Assembly: GCA_001600815.1 (NCBI GenBank)
Contig: BCKZ01000002.1
Coordinates: 1,000,294 to 1,064,293 of the forward strand
DNA from: Alloascoidea hylecoeti
Taxonomy: Eukaryota
DNA length: 64,000 nt
Direction of reading: 5' to 3'
Shown here: piece after piece, positions 1 through 10,070 of the stretch
Position numbering within the stretch: position 1 is the first letter of the stretch
Layout: every line of letters starts with the position of its first letter
The notes under the pieces: generated by a model
What the model was told of the DNA's origin: nothing
The model's database searches: none
What the model saw: only the letters and a program-made list of their open reading frames with translations
Made by a program: the position numbers and the translations under genes

Positions 1-158
1 GTAGTTTCAATATAATCATCAGATCCAGTTACAGTTGTATCTTGTTTCATGGTGAGGAATGGAGCAGTGCTAGTATTCTCATCTTCAGAATTGGCAAAAG
101 CAAAGGGGGTACCACTGGCTAGAGTTAATGCCAATAAATTTATTGATGAAAGTTTCAT
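1..158 (-). CDS. 5' part (window-truncated) of a secreted PFLTMK-repeat cell-wall protein, paralog of 3228..4124
   Basis: Minus-strand ATG at 158 reads MKLSSINLLALTLASGTPFAFANSEDENTSTAPFLTMKQDTTVTGSDD...; near-identical signal peptide and the same repeat as the 3228..4124 ORF. Confidence 0.85.
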   Translation of the reverse strand, partial: MKLSSINLLALTLASGTPFAFANSEDENTSTAPFLTMKQDTTVTGSDDYIET

Positions 159-1229
159 GATTATAAGCGAGCGAGTATTAATTGATACTAAAGTTGTGAT
201 TTCGAGATACTATTGAGTATTGAGTATGATTCAAAAGCTATAATACAGCAAATCATACCTGATATTTATATCAGAAATGAGACTGAACTTTTCAGCCTGC
301 TTTCGGTTAGGATCATTGTAAACGAGTTGAAAACAAAATAACCAAGTATGAAAGAACTTTATATATCCTTTATTAGACGATATCTATTTGAATACCAAAA
401 ATAGAAATAAACCAGATGCGGAAAGACCCGAAGTATAATACGCTAATCCTAACTCTATTACCTCATCAAAGAGAATATAACCATTTAATATATATGAAAG
501 AGATTCGATAATTGTGGACATCTGAATATTGTAAGAAGTCTCTATGTGATACAAAACACCATCTAGATTGGACCTCAGATAATCCTCAGGGGACACGGGT
601 AACATCATCACGATATGGCTCCCTCTATCATGTATTAATATAATATATTTATTGTAATAGTGTATTCCCAGAACCTCCGTACACCCTTATGAAGAGCCTT
701 TGATAATCTCTCTTACATAATGCACACATAGAACAATGCTTGTTATATGTATATAGGTAGTACCGTCCTCTCCATGTATCACAAGTTCACAACGCATGCC
801 TCTATATATAGCTAAAGGGGTATATTAATCTAATAGATGGGGGAAAAATGGCTGGGAATAGTTAAAATAGCCTAAATTTTGGATGTAGGGATAAAAACTT
901 TGACACCTACAGCTGGACCACCTGGTCTTGAATTAGCCCCCTCCAAAAATAAGTGCGATTATATCAAACCACTGAATACTCTACGAGGCCTTAAACTGTT
1001 CTTAATATAGTGTAGAAGGTTCTGTAATTTTTAAAGATTCTATTAGTGTAAAATTTTATTTAAATTAAGTGTTATCTTAACCCCTTAAACACGTAACGAC
1101 TACGACTCTACAGAGTACGGAGTCCATCAGATTATCATGAGTTCCCAATATTCTGAACAAGACTCAAAAAAAAAAATAGATATTTATTCATTTCTATACC
1201 CTATGGAAGGCTCATAATTGTAATTCACC

Positions 1230-1920
1230 CCTTGAGATACACTTTTTGAGCAGATACCTTAAATGGATTCATGTCTGGTGAAAAAGGTGGCCACTCCAAC
1301 ACCTCTATCTCTTCATCACAAACCGATTCATCCCGAATTCAAGTTTACGGATAGGTGAGTATTCCTGCTTGAATCTGAGATCCTCATAGATTTTCATCAA
1401 ATGCCTCTTTCAGAAGTTCTAAGTAGGAACGTACGGTGGCTCCTCTTTGTACTATAATTAGGAATTCCACTCTATAAGCCTTATAGATTGACGGCCTCTT
1501 TTCCAAATTTCAGTCCTTACCATAAGTTATACAGACCCAGAAGTCATTAAATTAAATTATAAATATTTTGAAGTTCAAAGGTCTGGTGTTCCAGTAGTCG
1601 ATCATACTTTTCAGGTTCAGATCCTGTAATGATGGCCACTCACTAATAAACCCCTCCCAAACGTCTTGAGCCAAATTAAATATATCTTTGGATTATATCT
1701 TCTGCTAAGTTGATTTTTCTAATTTAGAAAAGAGCTTTTACATGCAGAAAATACTCCATATTCATGTTACAGAAGGGTTCTTAGGTGGTTAATACTTCAT
1801 TGTTAAAATTTGAAGCCAGCTCCTCAAATATATTCAAGGAGGAAGGTTTTACAATGCTGAGAATTAGATCTAATGTTCTTCCGGAAAGTATTTTGGGCAC
1901 TTTTGTTCGAGAAGATGTTA
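1230..1920 (-). mobile_element. Degenerate Tc1/mariner (IS630-Tc1) transposase relic
   Basis: Minus-strand pieces: SRTKVPKILSGRTLDLILSIVK..EELA (RSGRP/HTH-like), GATVRSYLELL, FKQEYSPIRK (cf. FQQDNAPIHK), EIEVLEWPPFSPDMNPF at 1261-1320 (cf. WPPxSPDLNPIE); interrupted by stops and frameshifts. Confidence 0.8.
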
Positions 1921-2121
1921 AACCAGAAAATTTTCTCGCGTAATTTTTTTTTTTTATTTCTTTACTCTAAACTCCACAGCTAAAGGAGCAATAAATGCCC
2001 TGCCTATTTCAGCGACTGAGGAGCCATGTTTACTCAGATTACATACTTCAATCTGCTTGATTGGTTGCAAATTTTTTTCAGAATTGTAACTACGTGAAAT
2101 ATCTTGGCTGAGTTCTAGAAA

Positions 2122-2610
2122 TCATTCTATGGTATATCTAAACGGAAGAAATAACAACGGAAATCTAAGCGCCAAAAAGCCCGGATGTAATATTGAAAAC
2201 CATTCAAGCAATTTAGTTGTTTTTGCGCGACAAACAACCTGTAGTGAGTTCGCCCCACTGTCTGCGGTAGCTAAATTGCCTGTCCTAGAGTCTCGCTCTG
2301 TCTGCTTCATTCCAACAGCCACGACGCTATCATCCTCCCTAATTTCTTCAGCGAATGATCTAAATCGATTTGCATACACATTATATCATCTATATACTTA
2401 CTTAAAACAGTAAACATCTTCAAAATAGACCTCTCTTTTTCTTCCACTAAATTTCGACCAGAAAATGCACGTTCAAACAATTTTACCCTTTCATCTGTTG
2501 CATTTGAAAAAGCAAATACCTCAGCAAATTCAGGAGCGTCAGTATCATTTTCAGGAACCAAGCCGCCAATTGATACGTAGGCTTGAACCTACACAACTAC
2601 ACCAATACCA
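2122..2610 (-). mobile_element. Helitron RepHel N-terminal fragment (pseudogenic, one frameshift near 2385)
   Basis: Joining ORFs 2307..2561 and 2122..2379 gives VQAYVSIGGLVPENDTDAPEFAEVF...YNVYANRFRSFAEE...DSRTGNLATAD...FSILHPGFLALRFPLLF, matching in order the Helitron motifs GQVYHxIGSLLP..PxFAQLY, NPYxxxFR, DxRxYNxPT and LHPxYxxLxYPLLF. Confidence 0.75.
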
Positions 2611-3227
2611 TCAATCACAATTTATCAATGAGTTTCAAAAAATTATTATATTTATTTATATTTCGATATATTTATATATATATTTTGTATAACTAATAAA
2701 TTGACTTTAGTACCTGGTACTAGAATTAAAAATCTGATCCCCTTGAGGGATGTTGAAAAGTTTATAATCAATAGTAAGATAAGTTATGTCTTATTAACTA
2801 TTTGATTTTGTATGACGAAGAATTGTTAAAATTTAGAAATTTTAAAAAATTTTTGGTGTCCTGTAGTTGTGGCAGTCGACCAGAATCAATCAAAAAATAT
2901 TAAAAAGAATATTAAAGGTATCCTCAATTCCAAATTTAAAATTAGAGGTTTTAGAAAAGCATGTATAATATACATAAAGTTAATGTTATGACGTTTATAG
3001 AATTGTACATAATGAAAATTATTATTAAACCTAATAATAACTTCTCAATAATAGATGGTAAAAGTGTTCAAAAGAAGAAAGAAAATGCATACACATTGTG
3101 CACCTGGTCACCAGTTGAAGACATAAACCGGCGGTTATTATATGACCAGAGAGAATAGAAATATAAAACTTGAAGAACCGTCAAGCTGAAGAAAGTAAAT
3201 CAAAATAGGATACCTGGTAACTTAGAA

Positions 3228-4124
3228 TTATAAAGGCATTATCAATGCTGAGAAACAGAATAAGTAAAAAATCAGAGTAGCACCAATCACACCAGGCTTT
3301 ATATCCATGATAGCTGCCTGTCCTTCATAAGGGGTAACACTCGGAGCAGCAGTTTCTGTTTTACTTGCAGCCGACTCTGTATTGGAGGTAGAAGTAATGA
3401 TAGTAGTATCTTCTTGCATGGTGAGGAATGGAGTAGTAGTCGTTGAATCACAATTCTCGGTCTTAGTTACAGTAGTATTTTGTTTCATGGTGAGGAATGG
3501 TGTGGTTGTAGCATCATCAGAACTAATTAGGGTAGTATCTTCTTTCATCGTAAGAAATGGGGTGGTCGTTGAATCGCCAGATCCAGTTACAGTAGTATCT
3601 TCTTTCATAGTGAGAAATGGGGTAGTTGTAGTATCATCAGAACTTAATGCTGTAGTATCTTCTTTCATGGTAAGAAATGGAGTAGTTGTTGAATCATCAG
3701 ATCCAGATGCAGTAGTATCTTCTTTCATAGTGAGGAATGGTGTAGTTGTAGCATCAGAACTAATTAGGGTAGTATCTTCTTTCATCGTAAGAAATGGGGT
3801 GGTCGTTGAATCGCCAGATCTAGTTGCAGTAGTATCTTCTTTCATAGTGAGAAATGGTGATGTGGTAGTAGCTGAGGCATCTGTACTTTTGTTCTTTTTA
3901 TTTCTGGTTGTTGAAGCAAATGCTTTTGTAGTAATATCCAGAATATCAGCACTACTAGAATCATCAGCTGTCCCATATGAGGTGGCTGAAGTATCAGGAA
4001 TTGTAGATATTAAAGTGATAGTAATAGTACTCGTAGTATTCTCTTCCTCAGAAGTATCGGCTATAGCAAAAGGAGTGCGACTGGCTAAAGTTAATACCAA
4101 TAAAGTAATTGATGAAAGTTTCAT
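3228..4124 (-). CDS. Ser/Thr-rich GPI-anchored cell-wall protein with 8 TTTPFLTM(K/Q)EDTT repeats
   Basis: N-terminal signal peptide; ~20-aa tandem repeats; C-terminal VTPYEGQAA followed by a hydrophobic tail typical of a GPI signal. Confidence 0.85.
   Translation of the reverse strand: MKLSSITLLVLTLASRTPFAIADTSEEENTTSTITITLISTIPDTSATSYGTADDSSSADILDITTKAFASTTRNKKNKSTDASATTTSPFLTMKEDTTATRSGDSTTTPFLTMKEDTTLISSDATTTPFLTMKEDTTASGSDDSTTTPFLTMKEDTTALSSDDTTTTPFLTMKEDTTVTGSGDSTTTPFLTMKEDTTLISSDDATTTPFLTMKQNTTVTKTENCDSTTTTPFLTMQEDTTIITSTSNTESAASKTETAAPSVTPYEGQAAIMDIKPGVIGATLIFYLFCFSALIMPL
3400..3875. repeat. Coding minisatellite, 8 units of ~57-63 bp with higher-order structure
   Basis: GTAGTATCTTCTTTCATNGTRAGRAATGG core recurs 8 times; ~40-bp identical blocks start at 3544 and 3781. 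Confidence 0.9.
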
Positions 4125-4657
4125 GATTATAAGCGAGCGAGTATAATTAATATTAAAGTTGCAATTTTAAGATGATTCAAAAGCTAAATACTGCAAATAG
4201 CTGACATTTATATTAGAGATGAGACCGAAAGCTTAAGCTTAATTATAATTACGACCGTTGTAATTATCAGTCATAGACACAATAACCAAGTATTTTCAGC
4301 TTTATGGATTCATCATCAAAGAGAATATAACCATTGAGGTGAATCTGAAATAATTGTGATAATTGTGGAGGTATTGTACTATCTGGATATGGGCGTTGAA
4401 CAATAAGAAGTCTGTATGTGAAACAAAGAACAACACCACCTCGATTGAACCTCAGACGACCCTTAAATTCCCGAACAACAGCCGCACGCTATGTCTTCTG
4501 CTCCATCCAACCTCTTTCCGGCCTTTTTCAGCCTTTTCAACCTTTTTTAGCCCTCATATTGCAGCCAATATTATTCCATCTATTTTCAGTGAACCTCCGT
4601 ACACCTGCCTGGACCCTTTAACAAACTCCTCCAACAAAAACTCCAAGCAATTGAACA

Positions 4658-7600
4658 ATGAGCCGGCCTGAGTTTAACATCCCATTTCGACATCCCAGCA
4701 GTCAATCCCAATCCTCGTCCCACACCCACAAAGAGGCTCACGGGACGGTGACTGACCAGCCGGACCGCCCACACTCCACGGTCTACCCGGCCCGTTATGA
4801 TAACATGGGAGGTGTACCTCCGTGGTACAAAGGTCTACATGCTCGTCCCTCAATCCCAACCGCCCAATCCTCCATATCATCCCAATCCTCACAACACTTC
4901 CATCCCAATTCTTCCCAATTCGCAGATTCCGCAAGAAAAAAAGCTAAAAAGAGTTTGTTAGGAAAACTAAACCCTCTTGCAAAACACAGGGGGTGGGACA
5001 GAAGAGATTCCTCTGTAGATCCACGTGATCCTCAGTCCTCCATCTCTTTATCCCACGATAGAAATTCAAGAAATAATAGTGTTTCTTCTCAGGGTCAAAA
5101 TCTGTCTGATGCCTTTCCTTCTCGGCCTCCTTCCATAATTGGTCCCATTAATCACAGAATGAAAGATGCCGATGAATTCAGTTTGTTTCCATTGGATGCC
5201 GATGTAACAGATATGGATGGCATTGTTAAAAGCGGACCCAAATCAAACTCAGAACTTCCGACTCTTGCTACTTGGACTGCCCCTGAATCCTGGAATGTCA
5301 CTGATACAAATAAAGCTGGTGAAGATGATAGTCCTGTGGAAGAAGTTGGAGAAATCGTCGACGCTACCGAAGATCACGATCAGTATGATGATACGGATAT
5401 TGAATATTCCAAATGGGTTATCCAGAAATATGGTGATATCAGAGAAGGTCGTTGGGCAATTCGTGTTTTCAGAGAAGATGGTACATTCACTACATTATCC
5501 CTCGGTTATAACTCTAAAGTAACGGAAATTTTGGCGACCCTTCAAAAGAAATTCTTTTTACATTCAGTGGCTAATTATCAGATTGCCTTCACAGTTGGAG
5601 GTACAACAAAGACACTAGAGCTTGCCGATGAACCTTTGAAAATTCAAACCCACTTTTTACAATTACAAGGTTATGAAGAAGCGGATCATCTAAATATAAT
5701 TGGAAGAGATGATTTGTCTTATATTTGTCGATTCGTATTCCGTCCTTCAGCATTACATACAATATCAGATGACGCAGAAAAGCATATAAGTAAATCATTT
5801 GTTATAGTTGATCTGAAACATTTGGATCTACAGACAATTCCCATCGTCCTATATCAGCATACGTATGAAATTGAATCTTTGGATCTTAGTTATAATCCTT
5901 CGATTATAATTCCATTGGACTTTATTCAAAGTTGTAATAACTTACAAACTATAAAATGGCGGTCTAATAGATCTTCAAAATTCCCATTAAACATCCTACA
6001 AACACCAAAATTAACTACATTGGATTTGGAAAGAAATTTCTTAAAACAATTGCCTGAAAACATCAATACTCTAAATAATTTAAAAACTTTAGTTTTAAAA
6101 TGTAATCAACTCTCGTCATTACCAAAACAATTTTCAAAATTAAAAAATTTAACCTATTTAAATTTATCATCAAATCATTTTAAAAATTTCCCGGAAGAAG
6201 TTACAAATATTATATCTTTAGAAGAATTGGATATATCTTATAATTCAATATCTGTAATACATGAATCAATTGGAAACCTTATAAATTTAAAGAAATTAAA
6301 CATTGCAACAAATAGACTTTCTAAGGCATCTTTCCCACCATCTATAAAAAAATTGATCAATTTATCATATCTAGATACAAGATATAACAAAATAAGTAGT
6401 ATGAATATGCTTGGGCATCTCCCTAATCTCGAACACTTATTATGCTCAAAGAACAAGGTATCAAGTTTCATAGATGAGATGGAAAGCCTAACTTATTTTG
6501 CTTTCGATAGAAACCCAATAACAAATTTAATATTTGAAACTATGCTTCCTAATCTACGTGTTTTGAACCTTTCAAAAGCCAAATTAATTGCATTGCCTGT
6601 TGATTTTTTCAATAAAGTGAAAAATGTTGAAGAATTGCGATTGGATAAAAATGATTTCTTAACATTTCCAAAAGAAATCGGTCAATTATCGAAATTAGTA
6701 TTCCTCTCATGTTTTGGTAATAATTTAAGTTCATTACCAGAAGAAATCTCAGAATTATCATCTTTACAATATCTTGATCTACATATGAATAATTTATCAA
6801 GTGTTCCAGAATCAATATGGAACCTGCGAAATTTATCGGTCTTAAATTTAAGTTCCAATCTTCTAGAAGAATGGCCGAAATTTGAACGAAGAATTAATGA
6901 AATCAGTTTTGATGGTGGTAGAAGAACAAGTGAAAGGACAAATTCTTCAACATTATCACCCACTGAATCTAGACGCTCATCCCTGTCACGTCGTTTTTCA
7001 ACGGCAAATAATCCACATTTTCAACCACCGGTGGTAGCTAAATCTATTAGTACTAATGGCTCAACAAGTTCAAATAACGGTGGATTTCAGTACGGTGGCT
7101 TCAATTCTTTTGGGTATAATTCTCAAATATATGCACCACCATTAGCCTCATGTTTATTGGTACTTAATCTTGCTGATAATAGATTAACAGATGATATCTT
7201 TGATGACATAATATACTTGACAGATTTAAAGACTCTCAATTTATCCTATAATGAAATAACAGATATTCAATCAATATCACATTTAAAGCAATTAACAAAT
7301 CTTTATCTATCCGGAAACAAACTTACCTCCTTACCAAATGATGATCTTGAACATATCCAAACATTACGTATTCTTCATTTAAATGGTAATAAATTAAAGG
7401 CATTACCTTCTGAATTATCAAAATTACCACAATTATGCGTTCTTGATGTGGGCTCTAATCAATTAAAATATAATGTTTTAAATTATACTTTTGATTGGAA
7501 TTGGAATTTCAATAAAGAATTGAAATATTTAAATTTTTCTGGTAATAAAAGATTAGAAATCAAACAATTACATTACTCACCTAGTGCCAATAATAATAAT

Positions 7601-9913
7601 CCACGGGATTCCGGCTTTAGAGATTTATCTGGTTTCACGACCCTAAAACAATTACGAATATTGGGTTTAATGGATGTTACGTTAACTACTAGTTCTATCC
7701 CAGAAGACTCCACTAATTGTCGTGTTAGAACAACAGTTACTGATGCCTCGGGTATGTCATTTGGTATTTCAGATACGTTGGGAACTCGTGACACTTTGTT
7801 CACCAGAGATTTGATTCTGCAGAAATATAGAGGTAATGATGAAGAAGTTTTAGCAATGGTAATTGAAGCAAAATCAAAAGTTGATGAATCGCAGAGTAGC
7901 AGTATGGAGCATAAGATTTCAAAAGCAGCACAAGATATATTTGCTGCTGTATTAGCCGAAGAATTGGGGAAATTAGATACAGCTAAAGGTGAAACACCTA
8001 ATGATGCACTCAGGAGAGCCTTCTTAGTTACAAACAAAGAAATTGGGGTTTCTACCATGTCTCAGGAGTCCGATGGGACGAACAATTCATCATCAAACGC
8101 CGTTGATAAAGTTCAAGGGAATTTGAATTTAAATTCTATGGACGTTAACACGGGGTGTGTTGCAACTGTTGTTTATATCCAAGGGAAGAAAATATATGTT
8201 GCTAATGTCGGAGATGCTCAAGCCCTTCTTTGTAAAGGCAATGGAGAACATGTTGTTTTAACAACACGACATGATCCAACGACAAGGTCAGAACACGAAA
8301 GAATAAGAGCATCTGGAGGATTTGTAGCTTCTACCGGAACTTTAGATGGTGTCTTGGATGTTTCAAGAGCTATCGGATTTTATAATTTGATTCCACATAT
8401 TCTTGCAGCTCCTTCAATAACAGAATTAGAGATCACTGTCACGGATGAAATGTTGGTGATTGCATCAAATCAGGTTTGGGAGTATGTGCCATATCAAACT
8501 GCTTATGATGTTTTAAGGTCAGCTAAGGAAGATAGTAATATGGCTGCTCAGAAACTCCGTGATTTTGCGATATCTTATGGTTGTTCTGATAAGATAATTG
8601 TTATAGTTATTTCATTAAATAAGAAGAAGCAACAACAACAACAATTGATGGCTCAAATACAACAATTACAGTCGCGTAATAATAAATCAATTGCCGGATC
8701 AGTCTCTAATAGTTCAGATGGCGACTTTCAATTTAAAAAGAAAAGTAGAGATAAAAACTCTTTACCTGTTGATTCCAATTTAGCAAGACTAGGAGGTGAA
8801 ATTGAGCCACCTGTTGGATTAGTGGCATTAGTCTTTACAGATATTAAGAATTCGACACTAATGTGGGATTCATTCCCTGATGCAATGAGGTCTGCAATTA
8901 AAACACATAACTCAATAATGAGAAGACAACTAAGGATCATGAATGGTTATGAAGTGAAAACTGAAGGTGATGCGTTTATGGTTTCATTTTCAACGCCAAC
9001 AGCAGCTTTATCTTGGTGCTTTAGTATTCAATCCCAATTATTAAATGCAGATTGGCCGACTGAAATAATTGAAAGTGATAAAGGGTGTGCTATTTCAGAT
9101 GAAAATGGACAGTTAATATATCGAGGCTTAAGTGTTAGAATGGGTATACATTGGGGTACCCCAGTATGCGAACCTGATCCAATTACTTCAAGGATGGATT
9201 ACTTTGGTCCTATGGTTAATAGAGCCTCTCGTGTTTCTTCAATCGCTGACGGTGGACAAATTGCATTGTCATCAGACTTCTTGAGTGAAGTCAATAAACT
9301 CGAAAAATCATATGATATAGTTACTGCAGGTCAAGCTTCGATAGAAGAGGCATATGGTCATTTCTTACCCTCTCACCTAATACATGGAGACATGTCTTCG
9401 TTGAAATCGACAGGTTGGGAAATAATTGAAATTGGGGAGATGAAGTTAAAAGGTCTGGAGACGCCCGAATTTGTGTCTCTCATTTATCCCAAGTCTTTAT
9501 CGACGAGAGCTAAATTTGTTGGAGACAACAATAAACCACAATCAGAAAGTCTGCTGTCGCAGGAATGGCTAACAAATTTACAAATTGTTGTTGTTCGACT
9601 AGAGCAGATATGCTCTATCCTTAATGGTAGTCAAAGTAAAATTTCGAAAACTGATGATTTAAGGAAAGATCCACCAGACTTGAAGAATAAATCAGAAAGT
9701 GATTATCTTTTGTACTTGGAGAGATATGTCACTAGAATTGAAAATGCTTTATGTGTATTAAGTGTAAGGAGTGCTATCGGAAAAGGAAATATCATAGCAA
9801 ATCATGCCCGAGGTAATGGTGACATAGATGGTAATTATATTGAATTGCAGCAAATTTTACAAATGTTGCAACAGATGTCAATACCTATTAAAGGTATAAA
9901 TATAGGACTATAA
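4658..9913 (+). CDS. CYR1: Adenylate cyclase
   Basis: 1751 aa: WTAPESW motif, Ras-association region (IRVFREDGTFTTL), long LRR array, PP2C-like domain (ANVGDA), cyclase domain (VFTDIKNST, YEVKTEGDAFMV, DYFGPMVNRASR). Confidence 0.98.
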   Translation: MSRPEFNIPFRHPSSQSQSSSHTHKEAHGTVTDQPDRPHSTVYPARYDNMGGVPPWYKGLHARPSIPTAQSSISSQSSQHFHPNSSQFADSARKKAKKSLLGKLNPLAKHRGWDRRDSSVDPRDPQSSISLSHDRNSRNNSVSSQGQNLSDAFPSRPPSIIGPINHRMKDADEFSLFPLDADVTDMDGIVKSGPKSNSELPTLATWTAPESWNVTDTNKAGEDDSPVEEVGEIVDATEDHDQYDDTDIEYSKWVIQKYGDIREGRWAIRVFREDGTFTTLSLGYNSKVTEILATLQKKFFLHSVANYQIAFTVGGTTKTLELADEPLKIQTHFLQLQGYEEADHLNIIGRDDLSYICRFVFRPSALHTISDDAEKHISKSFVIVDLKHLDLQTIPIVLYQHTYEIESLDLSYNPSIIIPLDFIQSCNNLQTIKWRSNRSSKFPLNILQTPKLTTLDLERNFLKQLPENINTLNNLKTLVLKCNQLSSLPKQFSKLKNLTYLNLSSNHFKNFPEEVTNIISLEELDISYNSISVIHESIGNLINLKKLNIATNRLSKASFPPSIKKLINLSYLDTRYNKISSMNMLGHLPNLEHLLCSKNKVSSFIDEMESLTYFAFDRNPITNLIFETMLPNLRVLNLSKAKLIALPVDFFNKVKNVEELRLDKNDFLTFPKEIGQLSKLVFLSCFGNNLSSLPEEISELSSLQYLDLHMNNLSSVPESIWNLRNLSVLNLSSNLLEEWPKFERRINEISFDGGRRTSERTNSSTLSPTESRRSSLSRRFSTANNPHFQPPVVAKSISTNGSTSSNNGGFQYGGFNSFGYNSQIYAPPLASCLLVLNLADNRLTDDIFDDIIYLTDLKTLNLSYNEITDIQSISHLKQLTNLYLSGNKLTSLPNDDLEHIQTLRILHLNGNKLKALPSELSKLPQLCVLDVGSNQLKYNVLNYTFDWNWNFNKELKYLNFSGNKRLEIKQLHYSPSANNNNPRDSGFRDLSGFTTLKQLRILGLMDVTLTTSSIPEDSTNCRVRTTVTDASGMSFGISDTLGTRDTLFTRDLILQKYRGNDEEVLAMVIEAKSKVDESQSSSMEHKISKAAQDIFAAVLAEELGKLDTAKGETPNDALRRAFLVTNKEIGVSTMSQESDGTNNSSSNAVDKVQGNLNLNSMDVNTGCVATVVYIQGKKIYVANVGDAQALLCKGNGEHVVLTTRHDPTTRSEHERIRASGGFVASTGTLDGVLDVSRAIGFYNLIPHILAAPSITELEITVTDEMLVIASNQVWEYVPYQTAYDVLRSAKEDSNMAAQKLRDFAISYGCSDKIIVIVISLNKKKQQQQQLMAQIQQLQSRNNKSIAGSVSNSSDGDFQFKKKSRDKNSLPVDSNLARLGGEIEPPVGLVALVFTDIKNSTLMWDSFPDAMRSAIKTHNSIMRRQLRIMNGYEVKTEGDAFMVSFSTPTAALSWCFSIQSQLLNADWPTEIIESDKGCAISDENGQLIYRGLSVRMGIHWGTPVCEPDPITSRMDYFGPMVNRASRVSSIADGGQIALSSDFLSEVNKLEKSYDIVTAGQASIEEAYGHFLPSHLIHGDMSSLKSTGWEIIEIGEMKLKGLETPEFVSLIYPKSLSTRAKFVGDNNKPQSESLLSQEWLTNLQIVVVRLEQICSILNGSQSKISKTDDLRKDPPDLKNKSESDYLLYLERYVTRIENALCVLSVRSAIGKGNIIANHARGNGDIDGNYIELQQILQMLQQMSIPIKGINIGL

Positions 9914-10070
9914 ATATAGGGATATAGCTTATAGATGTATTTAATTTCAAATAAAAGAAATAAATTATAATTATATTATACATTACATAAAGGAAACAAT
10001 TATTGCTTTATAGCCAGCTGGCTTCATATTAGAATTAATTTGTTCATTAATTGATGTTTTTTTGGTGAAA

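Noticed and set aside
1077..1120. piggyBac-like end TTAACCCCTTAA (similar ends near 12818 and 30101; shared GTAGTCGATCAT at 1594 and 12546)
   Set aside because: No paired TIRs and no convincing transposase motifs; too short to support
3228..4124. Repeat protein as a Kex2-processed peptide, pheromone or RiPP precursor
   Set aside because: No KR/RR sites between repeats, and a GPI-type C-terminus is present
3382..4146. 254-aa plus-strand ORF with VRNGVVV repeats
   Set aside because: Antisense shadow of the repeat cell-wall gene; the minus strand carries the signal peptide and GPI tail
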